DNA from: an uncultured candidatus Porisulfidus sp.
Lineage (GTDB): Bacteria; Pseudomonadota; Gammaproteobacteria; Poriferisulfidales; Oxydemutatoraceae
Assembly (NCBI GenBank): GCA_965215125.1
Contig: OZ244052.1
Span: 1,568,001 to 1,632,000, forward strand
Direction of reading: 5' to 3'
Length of the DNA: 64,000 nt
The notes beneath the pieces were generated by a model. The model saw nothing but the letters and a program-made list of their open reading frames with translations, made no database searches and was not told where the DNA came from. Within the stretch, counting starts at the first letter, position 1; each line of letters starts with the position of its first letter. The position numbers and the translations under genes were made by a program. Positions 32,301 to 40,589 of the stretch are shown piece by piece.

Positions 32301-32496
32301 TATATGCCGTGCCATCCAACTGATAACGGATTCCATTTAATTGATTTAAGTTACAGATTTCAATCAAGCCGTCGTCATCTTGATCAATATCACTTAACTT
32401 ACATTGTGTCGTCTGTTCGGTCTGTGCTACTGCAGGCGCGCATAACACGGTTGCGAGCAAAAAGAACTTTATTAGGTAGAAAGGGTTAGTTCTCAT
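26374..32496 (-). CDS. 2040-aa secreted/surface protein with three GLUG-repeat modules and cadherin/Ig-like spacers
   Basis: Signal peptide; three modules starting D.D.DGLIEI..L..L..IRYQ.DG...GC...C.GYEL.R.L.F (near 32370, 30430, 28220), many VGGLVG repeats, each ending LK.P...GIY..W...DW.FG....YP.L. Confidence 0.9.
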   Translation of the reverse strand: MRTNPFYLIKFFLLATVLCAPAVAQTEQTTQCKLSDIDQDDDGLIEICNLNQLNGIRYQLDGTAYRRGEGRRKITRGCPGNVCIGYELTRNLDFKKESDYRNNVENKIKWNNGGWQPIGSINISGSGKEVQNGFRGIFEGNGYTISNLFINMENIENKDATGWGLRGVGLFGFTTQTAVIRNIGLLNLRIEKNDSPQARPDARRNDIYYLKGVGGLVGINGGKVINSYVSGSVNGGTFDSTLEANNRQGRDKVGGLVGTNLNKIVNSYAAANVTGKFTVGGLVGENCLSFHIGCPANSAGEIINSYARGTVSSLADGGGLVGANRHRITNSYANPVITRITHTLNDKPEDDDFGGLAAINGHSQEGILSTRNLPAPTITASYWQNDDSSLSDIGRVGSGRSTLSYTAGQSASDLKFPDDATGIYSGWHVADWNFGTPNQYPVLKYTVDEDPSTCSNRPRRKDIDPPECGSLLPNQGTGLRDIDIKGVAWIPYFSSDETDYTVLVDDSVQNISLLLNAYNSTANITIGDIGTAIGSTETTISLSENTAITVTVSDSNSIYNLRFEKRSIAIREEIELRAGNNIGINADGTVDENSEIMLLVVAGGNYDFRWEQSPTLDYSQLHGSTPSISVFIPLDFVDGEIASTRSLTFTLTVSDASDSITLSKTLIVRNVPNETIGPLRVDIDADNDGLIEIYYLEDLDAIRYQPDGKGYRASTTAKTITNGCPNTGCVGYELARDLDFDSDASYFSISNKKRWTVDDYEDNSDEGWLPIGGINQSFHNTFEGNGYTISNLQINRTNPDTSDNVGLFGQAGQQTSGGTFRHAKIVNLGLLDINIRGKLNVGGLAASSDVGLIANSYATGTIVGDGNVGGLVGDARLTTIANSHAIVNATGKEERIGGLVGRGNFINITNSYASGNVRGAMRVGGLVGTFIGRRGSSFGISNSYASGCVMGDNFIGGIAGTTSAGGSITNSYTTGCVIGSESRINYFVGGLVGRNIPGDARIVTGLNRSYWARKPDSLFNDIGLSRYSFYTAGLTAESLKSPTDASGIYGQWSTTDWDFGNSTIYPALRHAGPINYENFPFSAVTIFGSATADTCDTDPQTSLPQCGTLLPNQRNSGLSALFLLENGEISNKDLRFRNRSFSSLIYDYIIPDLDSDKFQILPFAVNGDNATITITERGEDINYFSNRSSGDASEEIVLRDTVRILTIEVIDEDISTLYTLIVPGPNLSISETFSIEPANEDGTVNEGSTITLTPVVTGGTEPYDHAWTHSLDDPTSVSELNAPTLSFKIPENFVGTGDNRDITFILRVDDGDGSSTSRSTVLRVNRTDNGPPDIETEISTTTITVRVKTDPDGDGDRDFTYQWQERKLGIDWIDLSDVSTNTFVIPNNTPGSTRYRVLITHTDAQNHTVTTRIGPFRIKADDDGDNLIEIYYLEDLDAIRYQLDGSAYNTSNSLTTKVTFGCIENRCSGYELDRDLNFGEPEHYSDSTNMNTWRTNTGWQPIGGLDGGLSTTFEGNDLTISNLFINSPTSLFVALFNHLTEDGKIQNLGLLDANIQGLAAIGGLVASNAGLILNSYARGSITGLRIPDRISEDNQIGGLVGINLSRGRIINSHAYVAIVGSGDLVRRLRLTVEPYLGGLGGLVGVNQGTINGSYATGDIVGENITDVGGLVGTNRNHIYNSFAAGNVSGILNVGGLVGSNDNPDSGDPTPRISNSFATGNVQGGGDNSQNLGGLIGRHTGLRSAIANTYSSGVVSGHTNLGGLIGTMGNDDILRNSYTTSLVIGTSTTSVLGGLIGNYDSGSATANASYWQNDGSELPDVGRGNITIEDRYKLNGSVGRSATQLKAPTTTTGIYSEWSTEDWDFGTNNEYPILGYGKGFAPTGDPQCDTNPNTELPDCGPILGGQQPTLVALELEESSNSGDVIIYRQIELNRRFDPEVLEYEAEFNVGTIRIRLTPVANNTSHTISYKIGTQNFQELTSSTSFIHTLMSDEDSATIVIKVEPHSRSSMRGTREYTITLNRSKVKSLLVRTRLFLEGPVR

Positions 32497-32661
32497 ACTT
32501 TTAGCGTTTTTTACGATCTCTTCAAATATAGGACTTAATATATATCTTTAGCAAATTTCTATACTTATTATACTTGAAATCTGATTTATATACATGAATT
32601 TATGGCTCCCTAATTCCTGCTATATATTAAAAATTTTTGGTATAACAAAGTCAATATATGG

Positions 32662-33022
32662 GGTTGTCGCTCTTTTGAAAAGGCTGTAAATTACCCGGTC
32701 ATGGTTTATGTAAAGTATCGGATTCGCACGCCCCCAAGGTTTTGCACTTGTGAGGACAAGCCCTAGCTTGTCCGCCCCATATGCCCATATTAAGGTTCTT
32801 GCACAGCGTCACGCCGATTGACCTACCGGTTCAATCGGCGGTTGTCGCTTTTGTGAAAGGACTGTAAATTACCTGATCATGGTTTATGTAAAGTATTGGA
32901 TTTGCACACCCCCGAGGTTTTGCACTTGTGAGGACAAGCCTTAGCTTGTCCGCCCCACATACCCATGTTAAGGTTCTGCATAGCGTCACGCCGGTTGACC
33001 TACCGGTTCAATCGGCGGTTTT
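32662..33022. repeat. Two tandem ~178-bp composite units (REP + family B)
   Basis: Each unit contains GGACAAGCCCTAGCTTGTCCGCCC and GGTTCTGCACAGCGTCACGCCGATTGACCTACCGGTTCAATCGGCGGTT (small variations); homologous to 62353-62757. Confidence 0.9.
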
Positions 33023-33122
33023 TATGGATGCCATGTTAAAATCGCATACAGGATATCATTAAATAACAGACGATTTGTTTCGTAGTAAACCATAGATTTT
33101 CAATCATTCATTATAAAAACCA

Positions 33123-34625
33123 ATGTCACAGTCTAATAGCGGTTCAGAGATTGATAGAGTAATACACCGCATGGGTTTGGCAAACGATTGGAACAACGAA
33201 GTGGATGTGGAGTTAAATCAATGTATGAAGCAGGCTACCGACATTGGTGCCGAGACGGATAGAACGGATCTAAGGAAATTACCTTTTGTTACCATAGACG
33301 GTTCGGATGCCAAAGATTTTGACGACGCAATTTGTTGCGAAGAGAGCGATGAAGGCGTAATCTTATGGGTTGCGATTGCCGATGTTGCAAGTTATGTACG
33401 GGTTGGTTCTATGCTTGATCAAGAAGCATTCAAACGAGGCAATTCAACCTACTTGCCGGATCGTGTGTTGCCGATGTTGCCGCCGCTGTTGTCAAATGAT
33501 TTGTGTTCTTTGCTGCCTAAGCAAGATCGTCCGGTGATAGCTTGTCGTATGGTTTTTGACGCACAAATGCAAATAGCGGATTATCGTTTTAGCAAGGCTG
33601 TGATCCATTCACACTGTCGACTGACTTATCAACAGGTACAAACTTTTTTTGAGGATGACTCGCCTATAGTGTGTTGTCCTAACGAGGTACCGGCAATGTT
33701 ACGAGTAGCCGAAAAGCTCTATAAATTACTTAGGAAGTCGCGTGAAACACGGGGGGCATTGGATTTGGATATTCCGAAAAGGTATTTATGTTTTGACAAA
33801 GATCGGCGGATTAGGTCGGTAATGCTAATAAAAAGAAACGATGCGCACCGTATGATAGAGGAATTCATGATTTGTGCGAATGTTTCCGCAGCGCGTTATT
33901 TGTCGTCGCAAAACCTATGTTTCTTGAGCCGAGTGCACGAAGGCATCAAGCGCGAAGCCTTGCCTGCGTTGGATGATTTTTTGCGCGCTTCGGGCCTCTA
34001 TTTGAAAGGCACAAAAGTAGCCGACTTTGCGCGTTTAATCGAACAAACTACTGGACACCAAAACAAACAAATTATACATACGATGATTTTATCTTCGTTG
34101 CAACGCGCGATCTATGCACCTTCAAAGCAAGGACACTTCGGACTGGCTTTGAAGTATTACACGCATTTCACATCACCGATACGACGTTACCCGGATTTAT
34201 CGGTACACCGCGCAATACACACGACACTAGGGTCAACGAGCGGTCATTGTTACGATAAAGGCGAACTCAGGTCTCAAGGGCAGCATTGCTCGATGACCGA
34301 ACGACGCTCGGATGAGGTGGTGTGGGATATAGAGCAGTATTTTTTATGCAAACTGGCGCAAACTAAAGTGGGTCAAGTATGTCGCGGTGTTGTTACAACG
34401 GTTACGGCTTTCGGCTTATTTATTGAATTAACCGATTTACAAACCAGCGGTTTGTTACATGTAAAATATTTGGGAGGCGATTATTATCGATTCAACGACA
34501 TACGTCGCTATCTAAAAGGTGTGCGCAGCGGCAATACCTATAAAATAGGGGATGTGCTAGATGTTTCAATTAAATCCGTTCGGGCGGATGAACGCAAAAT
34601 AGATTTGGTTCCTGCCAATTCCTGA
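33123..34625 (+). CDS. rnr: RNase R/RNB-family exoribonuclease, N-terminally short
   Basis: DLRKLPFVTIDGSDAKDFDDA, VAIADV, GHFGLAL..YTHFTSPIRRYPDL, C-terminal S1 domain. Confidence 0.88.
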   Translation: MSQSNSGSEIDRVIHRMGLANDWNNEVDVELNQCMKQATDIGAETDRTDLRKLPFVTIDGSDAKDFDDAICCEESDEGVILWVAIADVASYVRVGSMLDQEAFKRGNSTYLPDRVLPMLPPLLSNDLCSLLPKQDRPVIACRMVFDAQMQIADYRFSKAVIHSHCRLTYQQVQTFFEDDSPIVCCPNEVPAMLRVAEKLYKLLRKSRETRGALDLDIPKRYLCFDKDRRIRSVMLIKRNDAHRMIEEFMICANVSAARYLSSQNLCFLSRVHEGIKREALPALDDFLRASGLYLKGTKVADFARLIEQTTGHQNKQIIHTMILSSLQRAIYAPSKQGHFGLALKYYTHFTSPIRRYPDLSVHRAIHTTLGSTSGHCYDKGELRSQGQHCSMTERRSDEVVWDIEQYFLCKLAQTKVGQVCRGVVTTVTAFGLFIELTDLQTSGLLHVKYLGGDYYRFNDIRRYLKGVRSGNTYKIGDVLDVSIKSVRADERKIDLVPANS

Positions 34626-34653
34626 ACTCGTAGTCTAAAGGCGAGCGTATAAA

Positions 34654-35142
34654 ATGTCCGCATGCGATGAAGTTGATATTGCTTTTATGGAGCTTGCTTT
34701 AGAACAAGCCGGTATTGCGCAAAGCAAAGGCGAAGTTCCCGTCGGTGCGGTGTTGATTCGAGGCGGCGAAGTACTAGCGAGATGCCACAACAGTCCGATT
34801 GCAATGAACGACCCGTCGGCGCATGCGGAAATGCTCGCATTGCGTGCAGCTGCCTTGCATTTATCGAATTATCGCCTGCCCAATACGACACTTTATGTGA
34901 CGCTGGAACCCTGTGCGATGTGTTTTACGGCAATGGTTCATGCTCGCATAGAACGATTGGTGTTCGGTGCGAGCGACCCTAAACAAGGTTCTGTAGGCGG
35001 TGCCGTAGACCTTAGAAAAATCTTTACTTTTAATCATTGCTTTGGAGTTACAAGCGGCGTGCTGGAGGATCGTTGCAGTGTATTATTGGTTGACTTCTTT
35101 AAGCGTAGACGTGGTACTGAAACTGATCATCGGAATGCATGA
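34654..35142 (+). CDS. tadA: tRNA adenosine(34) deaminase
   Basis: GEVPVGAV, DPSAHAEM, NYRL, TLEPCAMC, FFKRRR. Confidence 0.96.
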   Translation: MSACDEVDIAFMELALEQAGIAQSKGEVPVGAVLIRGGEVLARCHNSPIAMNDPSAHAEMLALRAAALHLSNYRLPNTTLYVTLEPCAMCFTAMVHARIERLVFGASDPKQGSVGGAVDLRKIFTFNHCFGVTSGVLEDRCSVLLVDFFKRRRGTETDHRNA

Positions 35143-35146
35143 TATT

Positions 35147-35222
35147 GGTCCATTCCCCTCCTTTGGAGGGGTGGCAGGCGTAGCCTGACGGGGTGGTCTT
35201 CCCCTCCTTCGAAGGGGAATGG
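35147..35222. repeat. Repeat family A between convergent tadA and mltF
   Basis: CCATTCCCCTCCTTTGGAGGGGTGGCAGGCGTAGCCTGACGGGGTGGTCTTCCCCTCCTTCGAAGGGGAATGG. Confidence 0.88.
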
Positions 35223-35229
35223 CTTGTTT

Positions 35230-36723
35230 CTACGATGGTTCGCGTATTACCATAGGCGTTATGTTTTCGGGTTGGTAGGTAGGGGGTATTTCGGTGGAAA
35301 TCGCATCTTCTAATAGGCTTAGCAAAAATTGGTAATTACGAATGTTGTTGATATAAATTACGACATTATCGTTTGGTTTGCCATACCTTGAGTTTTGGTA
35401 CCACTCCGGTTTTTGCAGGAGCTTCAACGAGTGGCTTACTTCTATCCACGAGTTTATAGTGGTTCCTCTTTTAAGTGTTAATCTAAAAGCGTCTTCCAAG
35501 TGACCGTAGCCTGCGAGGTAAGCAACCAGTGCCATCCATACGCGATCCGGGGTGGGTATCTCGGAGGGTATTCTGTTTATTAATTGGTTTAGGTGTTTGC
35601 TCCCTCCCATGATGCTTTGATAAGCATCCGAGCGATCGTGCACTTCGTACTGTTTCGCAATTTCTTGGGTTAGCATCATAAGACCTTTTACTCCGGTAGG
35701 AGATACTGCCAGTGGATTCCAATGCGATTCCTGATATGCGACAGCGGCTAGAAGTTTCCAATCTAAATAATATCTATCGGCAGCCATTTGAAAATATCTC
35801 TTATGTTTGGAGAGTTTTCTGTAAGCCGATTCTATGAATGTCAATTTATCGGCATAAGGGAGTAGTTCTAAATGTCCCGGGTGAGCCTTCGTAATACGAT
35901 CGAGTTCTCCGCTTTCTTGCATCTCCGAAAACAAGTCATCGGCGAGATGGACTAGATGTAGTGAGCTTGCCTGTGTGGGTTTGCGATTGAATAGCCAGAC
36001 AATAGGGACTTCTTCGGATATCCTAAAAGCAATTTTGACATAAGGATATAAAAATTGGGTCGACGAGAGTTCGTGTGCATCGGCTAGGGTGTAGCGTATC
36101 AAACCGTGGTTAACCATTTCTATTAATTTATAAGAAGGTGTGTCGGGATGTAAGTACCAAGGGTTATTTTTGATGTCATTCGGCTTAACGCTTAAGTTCG
36201 TATGTATAGGTTCTTCGCTATGTCCACCGGACAGTTTTTCCAGTAACGCTATATGGTTAGGATTCGCACTAATATCTATATCGGACAATGATATCTCTTC
36301 GAAACGGCGAGGCTTAGTGTCGGGATAACGATAAATCATATATTGCTTGCTTCGGTAATAGGGTTTTGATACTTCAAAGTGCTCCTCGTACATCTGTGTT
36401 GTGCCTAAAGCACCCGCAGCCATGTCTACTTTTCCCTCTTTTAGTAAGTCAATCGCTTTTGCAGCGGTTGAAACGGAGGTGATTTCAATTTTTGTTTGTA
36501 TGCGGTTTGCAAAAGATTGCAAAAGTTTATAATCAAAGCCGGTTGCTTGGTTGTCCTGCCAGTAGTAACTTGTAGGATTTACTCTAAGCGCGACTTGGAT
36601 AGTAGCGGCAGAATTTTCTACGACATCGGGATGCCAAGGCGGCATATCGGTTTTATTGGCATCCTCGCAAGCTACCAACGTGAATAAAAGAGCAATATAT
36701 GCTAAAAGTCTAATTGAGGGCAT
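35230..36723 (-). CDS. mltF: Membrane-bound lytic murein transglycosylase F
   Basis: SBP-like N-terminus (GFDYKLLQSFA), LLAAVAYQESHWNPLAVSPTGVKGLMMLT; next to tadA. Confidence 0.92.
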   Translation of the reverse strand: MPSIRLLAYIALLFTLVACEDANKTDMPPWHPDVVENSAATIQVALRVNPTSYYWQDNQATGFDYKLLQSFANRIQTKIEITSVSTAAKAIDLLKEGKVDMAAGALGTTQMYEEHFEVSKPYYRSKQYMIYRYPDTKPRRFEEISLSDIDISANPNHIALLEKLSGGHSEEPIHTNLSVKPNDIKNNPWYLHPDTPSYKLIEMVNHGLIRYTLADAHELSSTQFLYPYVKIAFRISEEVPIVWLFNRKPTQASSLHLVHLADDLFSEMQESGELDRITKAHPGHLELLPYADKLTFIESAYRKLSKHKRYFQMAADRYYLDWKLLAAVAYQESHWNPLAVSPTGVKGLMMLTQEIAKQYEVHDRSDAYQSIMGGSKHLNQLINRIPSEIPTPDRVWMALVAYLAGYGHLEDAFRLTLKRGTTINSWIEVSHSLKLLQKPEWYQNSRYGKPNDNVVIYINNIRNYQFLLSLLEDAISTEIPPTYQPENITPMVIREPS

Positions 36724-36862
36724 AGCTATTACTATCAACGACAAATTTTAGGTATTATTATATGATATAGATAGAACCTAAATATATAAGAAATACCATA
36801 GGCAGTGTCAATTTATTCTAGGAATTTTAGAACTAAAACTTGCTTTAGTTTCAATTTTTTGT

Positions 36863-38725
36863 ATGATAAGCAGTTTATCGGATAATAATTTTAACGCTTT
36901 ACGAGATATGGAAACTTTCCCCCAATTACTAATGCACCGAGCCGATATGCATGCAAGTTTGCCGGCACTACGCGTCAAACGGCTTGGTTTGTGGAATACT
37001 TACACATGGAGTGATTTTGCACGACATGTGCAAAGTATTGCAAGCGGTTTGTCAGCTATGGGTGTGCGGAAGGGAGACAAAGTTATCGTAGTCAGCGACA
37101 ACACGCCCGAAGTTATGTTCATGACTTCCGCTCTTCAAGTGTGCGGAGCTATTCCGGTACCGCTCAATGCAAACGCATCGGTGAGACTTTTGGTGCATGT
37201 AATCACAAACCTAAATATCCAATATGCTTATGCGCACGATCAGCAACAAGTCGACACCTTGCTTGACGCTCAAGAACAATCACTCAAATTAAAGTATATT
37301 TTCTATATTCATCCTCGTGGTTTGGCATCTTACGACCAAAACTTATTGCAAGATATAGAAAAAGTTCGGGCGCACGGTGACGAATATGCGGCTTCGCATC
37401 CGGATGCGTTCAAGGCTGCGGTCAATGCCACTGCGCCAAACGGCACTGCCTTTATTTTCTTGTCTTCCGGGACCGGCACCAAGCCTAAATTGGTGCCGCT
37501 GAGTTATGCCAATATGCTACACATCGCCCGCTATATTGCCGAGGTAGAACAAATCACCGAACACGACGAATTGTTGTCGTTTATGCCGATTGCAATGCCG
37601 GCTAGTTTTATATACGGACAGGCGGTTTCTTTTCTACGTGGTTTTTGTGTGAGTTATCCCGAAAGTAGCGAGACGGTTTTAGAGAACCTGCGCGAAATCG
37701 GTCCTACATTATTTTTTGCTTCCGCACATGTCTACAAATATATAGCGACTTTAATTCATAACAGAGTTACATTCGCCGGCAAACTAACATACAAGCTATA
37801 CGATCGCTATTATGAAAGTGCACGAGTAGGGGAGTCTTCTATAATCGGTAATTTGTTAATCACCGCACCGATTAAAAATGTCTACGGTTTTAGTCATCTG
37901 AGAATAGCGGCAACGAGCGGCGATGCAATTAGTGAGAAAACTTTCAACTCATTTCGTAAATTGGGGATCGATATAAAACAAATCTACGGTTGTGCAGAAA
38001 CCGGCGGTGTTATTGCGATGCAGACCGCAGAGGAGAAAGAGGCACATTCGGTAGGACATTCTATAGGCGGAAGCCAAATTAAAATGAGTGCCGACGGCGA
38101 GATTTTGTGTAAGGGACCTAATGTTTTCAACTCGTATACCGATGGAACATCCGCGACCCTAGACGAGGACGGTTGGTTTCATACCGGCGACTTAGGAGTG
38201 ATGGAAGACAAGGAATTGTATGTGAAGGATAGAAAAGAACTGGTTGTAGATTTAGGAGACGGCAAAAAATTAATGCCTAAGATTTTGGAAAATGCAGTTA
38301 AATCGTCTCCGTATATTCAAGACGCTTATGTGTGGGCTACCGGCGACGCAACTGTCTGTGCATTGATTGTTGCCGATGAGCACACGGTCGGGTATTGGGC
38401 CGAGTACCACGATGTACGTTATACGGGCTATCAGGATTTGGTATCTAAAAAAGAAGTAGAGGAATTAATTGCCTCGCAAATTAAAGAGGCCAATGCATCT
38501 TTCACCACCGATAAGAAAAAGGTTAAATTACAATGTTTCGTATTACTAGCGAGGGAATTTTCGAGTGGTCTGGGCGAATTGACATGGACGAACAAATTAT
38601 GCAGACACGTCATAAAGGAAAATTTTTCAACGATATTGAATAGCTTGGAAAGTGGAGAATCTATGGTCAAATATGATGACCCGACGATGGGTACCGAAGT
38701 TGAATACAAAGTCTGTAGCCTATAA
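36863..38725 (+). CDS. Long-chain acyl-CoA synthetase-like AMP-binding protein
   Basis: K.LGLW...TW, SSGTGTKPK, QIYGCAETGG, DGWFHTGDLG, GELT.T.K. Confidence 0.88.
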   Translation: MISSLSDNNFNALRDMETFPQLLMHRADMHASLPALRVKRLGLWNTYTWSDFARHVQSIASGLSAMGVRKGDKVIVVSDNTPEVMFMTSALQVCGAIPVPLNANASVRLLVHVITNLNIQYAYAHDQQQVDTLLDAQEQSLKLKYIFYIHPRGLASYDQNLLQDIEKVRAHGDEYAASHPDAFKAAVNATAPNGTAFIFLSSGTGTKPKLVPLSYANMLHIARYIAEVEQITEHDELLSFMPIAMPASFIYGQAVSFLRGFCVSYPESSETVLENLREIGPTLFFASAHVYKYIATLIHNRVTFAGKLTYKLYDRYYESARVGESSIIGNLLITAPIKNVYGFSHLRIAATSGDAISEKTFNSFRKLGIDIKQIYGCAETGGVIAMQTAEEKEAHSVGHSIGGSQIKMSADGEILCKGPNVFNSYTDGTSATLDEDGWFHTGDLGVMEDKELYVKDRKELVVDLGDGKKLMPKILENAVKSSPYIQDAYVWATGDATVCALIVADEHTVGYWAEYHDVRYTGYQDLVSKKEVEELIASQIKEANASFTTDKKKVKLQCFVLLAREFSSGLGELTWTNKLCRHVIKENFSTILNSLESGESMVKYDDPTMGTEVEYKVCSL

Positions 38726-38752
38726 AACTTTTTGCGGCCCAGAGATATTATT

Positions 38753-39544
38753 ATGGTGAACACAATGAATAAAGAAGTTTTTATGAGCGTTGAGAACGTA
38801 GACTTGTCCTTTAAGGGCGTTCAAGCAATCGCCGATATTAGTTTCAATGTATATAAAGGAGAGGTATGCGCACTTATAGGTCCTAACGGTGCCGGTAAAA
38901 GTTCTATGCTCAACATTATCAACGGGGTATATACACCTCAGAAAGGACGCATTGTGTTTGACAACAAAGTCTATATGCGCATGAAACCTCGTCAAATGGC
39001 AATAGACGGCATAGCGAGAACCTTTCAGAACATTGCGTTGTTTCAAGGCATGACGGTACTCGACAATATCATGACCGGGCGCAACCTCAAAATGAAATCG
39101 ACTTTTTGGGAGCAGGCTATATTCTACGGTCGCTCGAGACGAGAAGAAATTGAACACCGCCACAGAGTGGAGGAGATTATTACTTTCTTACAAATAGAAG
39201 CGATACGCAACACGCCGGTTAACAAACTCGCATACGGATTACAAAAGCGTGTGGAATTAGGACGCGCGCTGGCAATGGAACCCAAACTACTGTTGCTTGA
39301 CGAGCCTATGGCAGGCATGAATCTCGAAGAAAAGAAAGACATGTCCTGTTTTATCGGTGAAATTAATCGTGAACTCGGTACGACTATTGTTTTAATAGAA
39401 CACGATATGAGCGTTGTAATGGATATATCGGATCATGTAGTCGTCATGGATTACGGCAAAAAAATCGGCGATGGCACGCCCGAGGAAGTACGCAATAACA
39501 AAGCAGTCATTGAAGCCTATTTAGGAGTAAGCCACAATGGCTAG
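38753..39544 (+). CDS. ABC transporter ATP-binding protein (LivG-like)
   Basis: GPNGAGKSS, GIARTFQN, LAYGLQKRVELGRALA, LLLDEPMAGMN, VIEAYLG. Confidence 0.95.
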   Translation: MVNTMNKEVFMSVENVDLSFKGVQAIADISFNVYKGEVCALIGPNGAGKSSMLNIINGVYTPQKGRIVFDNKVYMRMKPRQMAIDGIARTFQNIALFQGMTVLDNIMTGRNLKMKSTFWEQAIFYGRSRREEIEHRHRVEEIITFLQIEAIRNTPVNKLAYGLQKRVELGRALAMEPKLLLLDEPMAGMNLEEKKDMSCFIGEINRELGTTIVLIEHDMSVVMDISDHVVVMDYGKKIGDGTPEEVRNNKAVIEAYLGVSHNG

Positions 39545-39575
39545 AGCGGTGTGAGATGACATAGAGGATAGAGAG

Positions 39576-40574
39576 ATGCTGTATTTTACCGAAGTAGTTA
39601 TTAGCGGCTTGTTGACCGGCGTGATGTATTCTTTAGTCGCTATCGGCTTTGTCTTGATCTATAAATCTTCCGGGGTGTTCAACTTTGCGCAAGGCACGAT
39701 GTTGTTGTTCGCCGGTTTGACTTTCGTTAAATTGACCCAACAGGGAGTATCCTTTTGGTATGCTTTTGTGCTGACTATGGGTGCGATGATAATGATGGGC
39801 ATACTGATAGAAAGATTTATTATGCGACCTTTGGCGAATCAGTCTTTGCTTTCCTTGTTTATGGCAACCGTAGGCTTGAGTATATTTTTAGAAGGTGCAT
39901 CGCAAGGTATTTGGGATTCCGCAGTTCACGGTCTTAAACTCGGCGAGTTTCTCGGTGAAGAAATAGATGCCGAACTTGCGTGCCAGAGCGGTTTTTTTGC
40001 ATGCACTTATGCCAAGTTTATCAATCTATTGGCATTGTTGTTATCGCCTAACCCTATCTTTTTGAGCGATTATATAGAAGGCTTTGATGTTCTCATCGGT
40101 GCATTCGATATCTTCGCTGCGATTGTTGCCGGCACGATGATTATAGGTTTATCTATTTTCTTCCAAAAAACCAAAACCGGCATGTCGTTGCGAGCGGTTT
40201 CCGACGATCACTTGGCGGCGATGGCGGTTGGTGTGCCTTTGTCTCGTATTTGGGCGGTGGTTTGGGCGGTGACCGGCGTGATCGGTTTGATCGCAGGCTT
40301 GTTGTGGGCCGATCGTATCAGTGTATCGTTCACCTTGACGCAAGTCGTGTTAAAAGGTTTGCCGGTGATATTGGTCGGTGGTCTGACATCTATTCCCGGT
40401 GCGATTATAGGCGGCTTTATTATCGGGGTTTCGGAGAAGTTGGGCGAGGTCTATGTTGCCGATTGGTTCGGCGGTCAAGGTATAGAGAACTGGTTCGGTT
40501 ATACGATTGCGATGTTGTTTATCTTGATGCGTCCGGCGGGTCTGTTCGGCGAAAAAGAAATTGAAAGAGTTTAA
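39576..40574 (+). CDS. Branched-chain amino acid-type ABC permease (LivH-like)
   Basis: YSLVAIGFVLIYKSSGVFNFAQG, RPAGLFGEKEIERV. Confidence 0.93.
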   Translation: MLYFTEVVISGLLTGVMYSLVAIGFVLIYKSSGVFNFAQGTMLLFAGLTFVKLTQQGVSFWYAFVLTMGAMIMMGILIERFIMRPLANQSLLSLFMATVGLSIFLEGASQGIWDSAVHGLKLGEFLGEEIDAELACQSGFFACTYAKFINLLALLLSPNPIFLSDYIEGFDVLIGAFDIFAAIVAGTMIIGLSIFFQKTKTGMSLRAVSDDHLAAMAVGVPLSRIWAVVWAVTGVIGLIAGLLWADRISVSFTLTQVVLKGLPVILVGGLTSIPGAIIGGFIIGVSEKLGEVYVADWFGGQGIENWFGYTIAMLFILMRPAGLFGEKEIERV

Positions 40575-40589
40575 TAACTAGATATCGCA

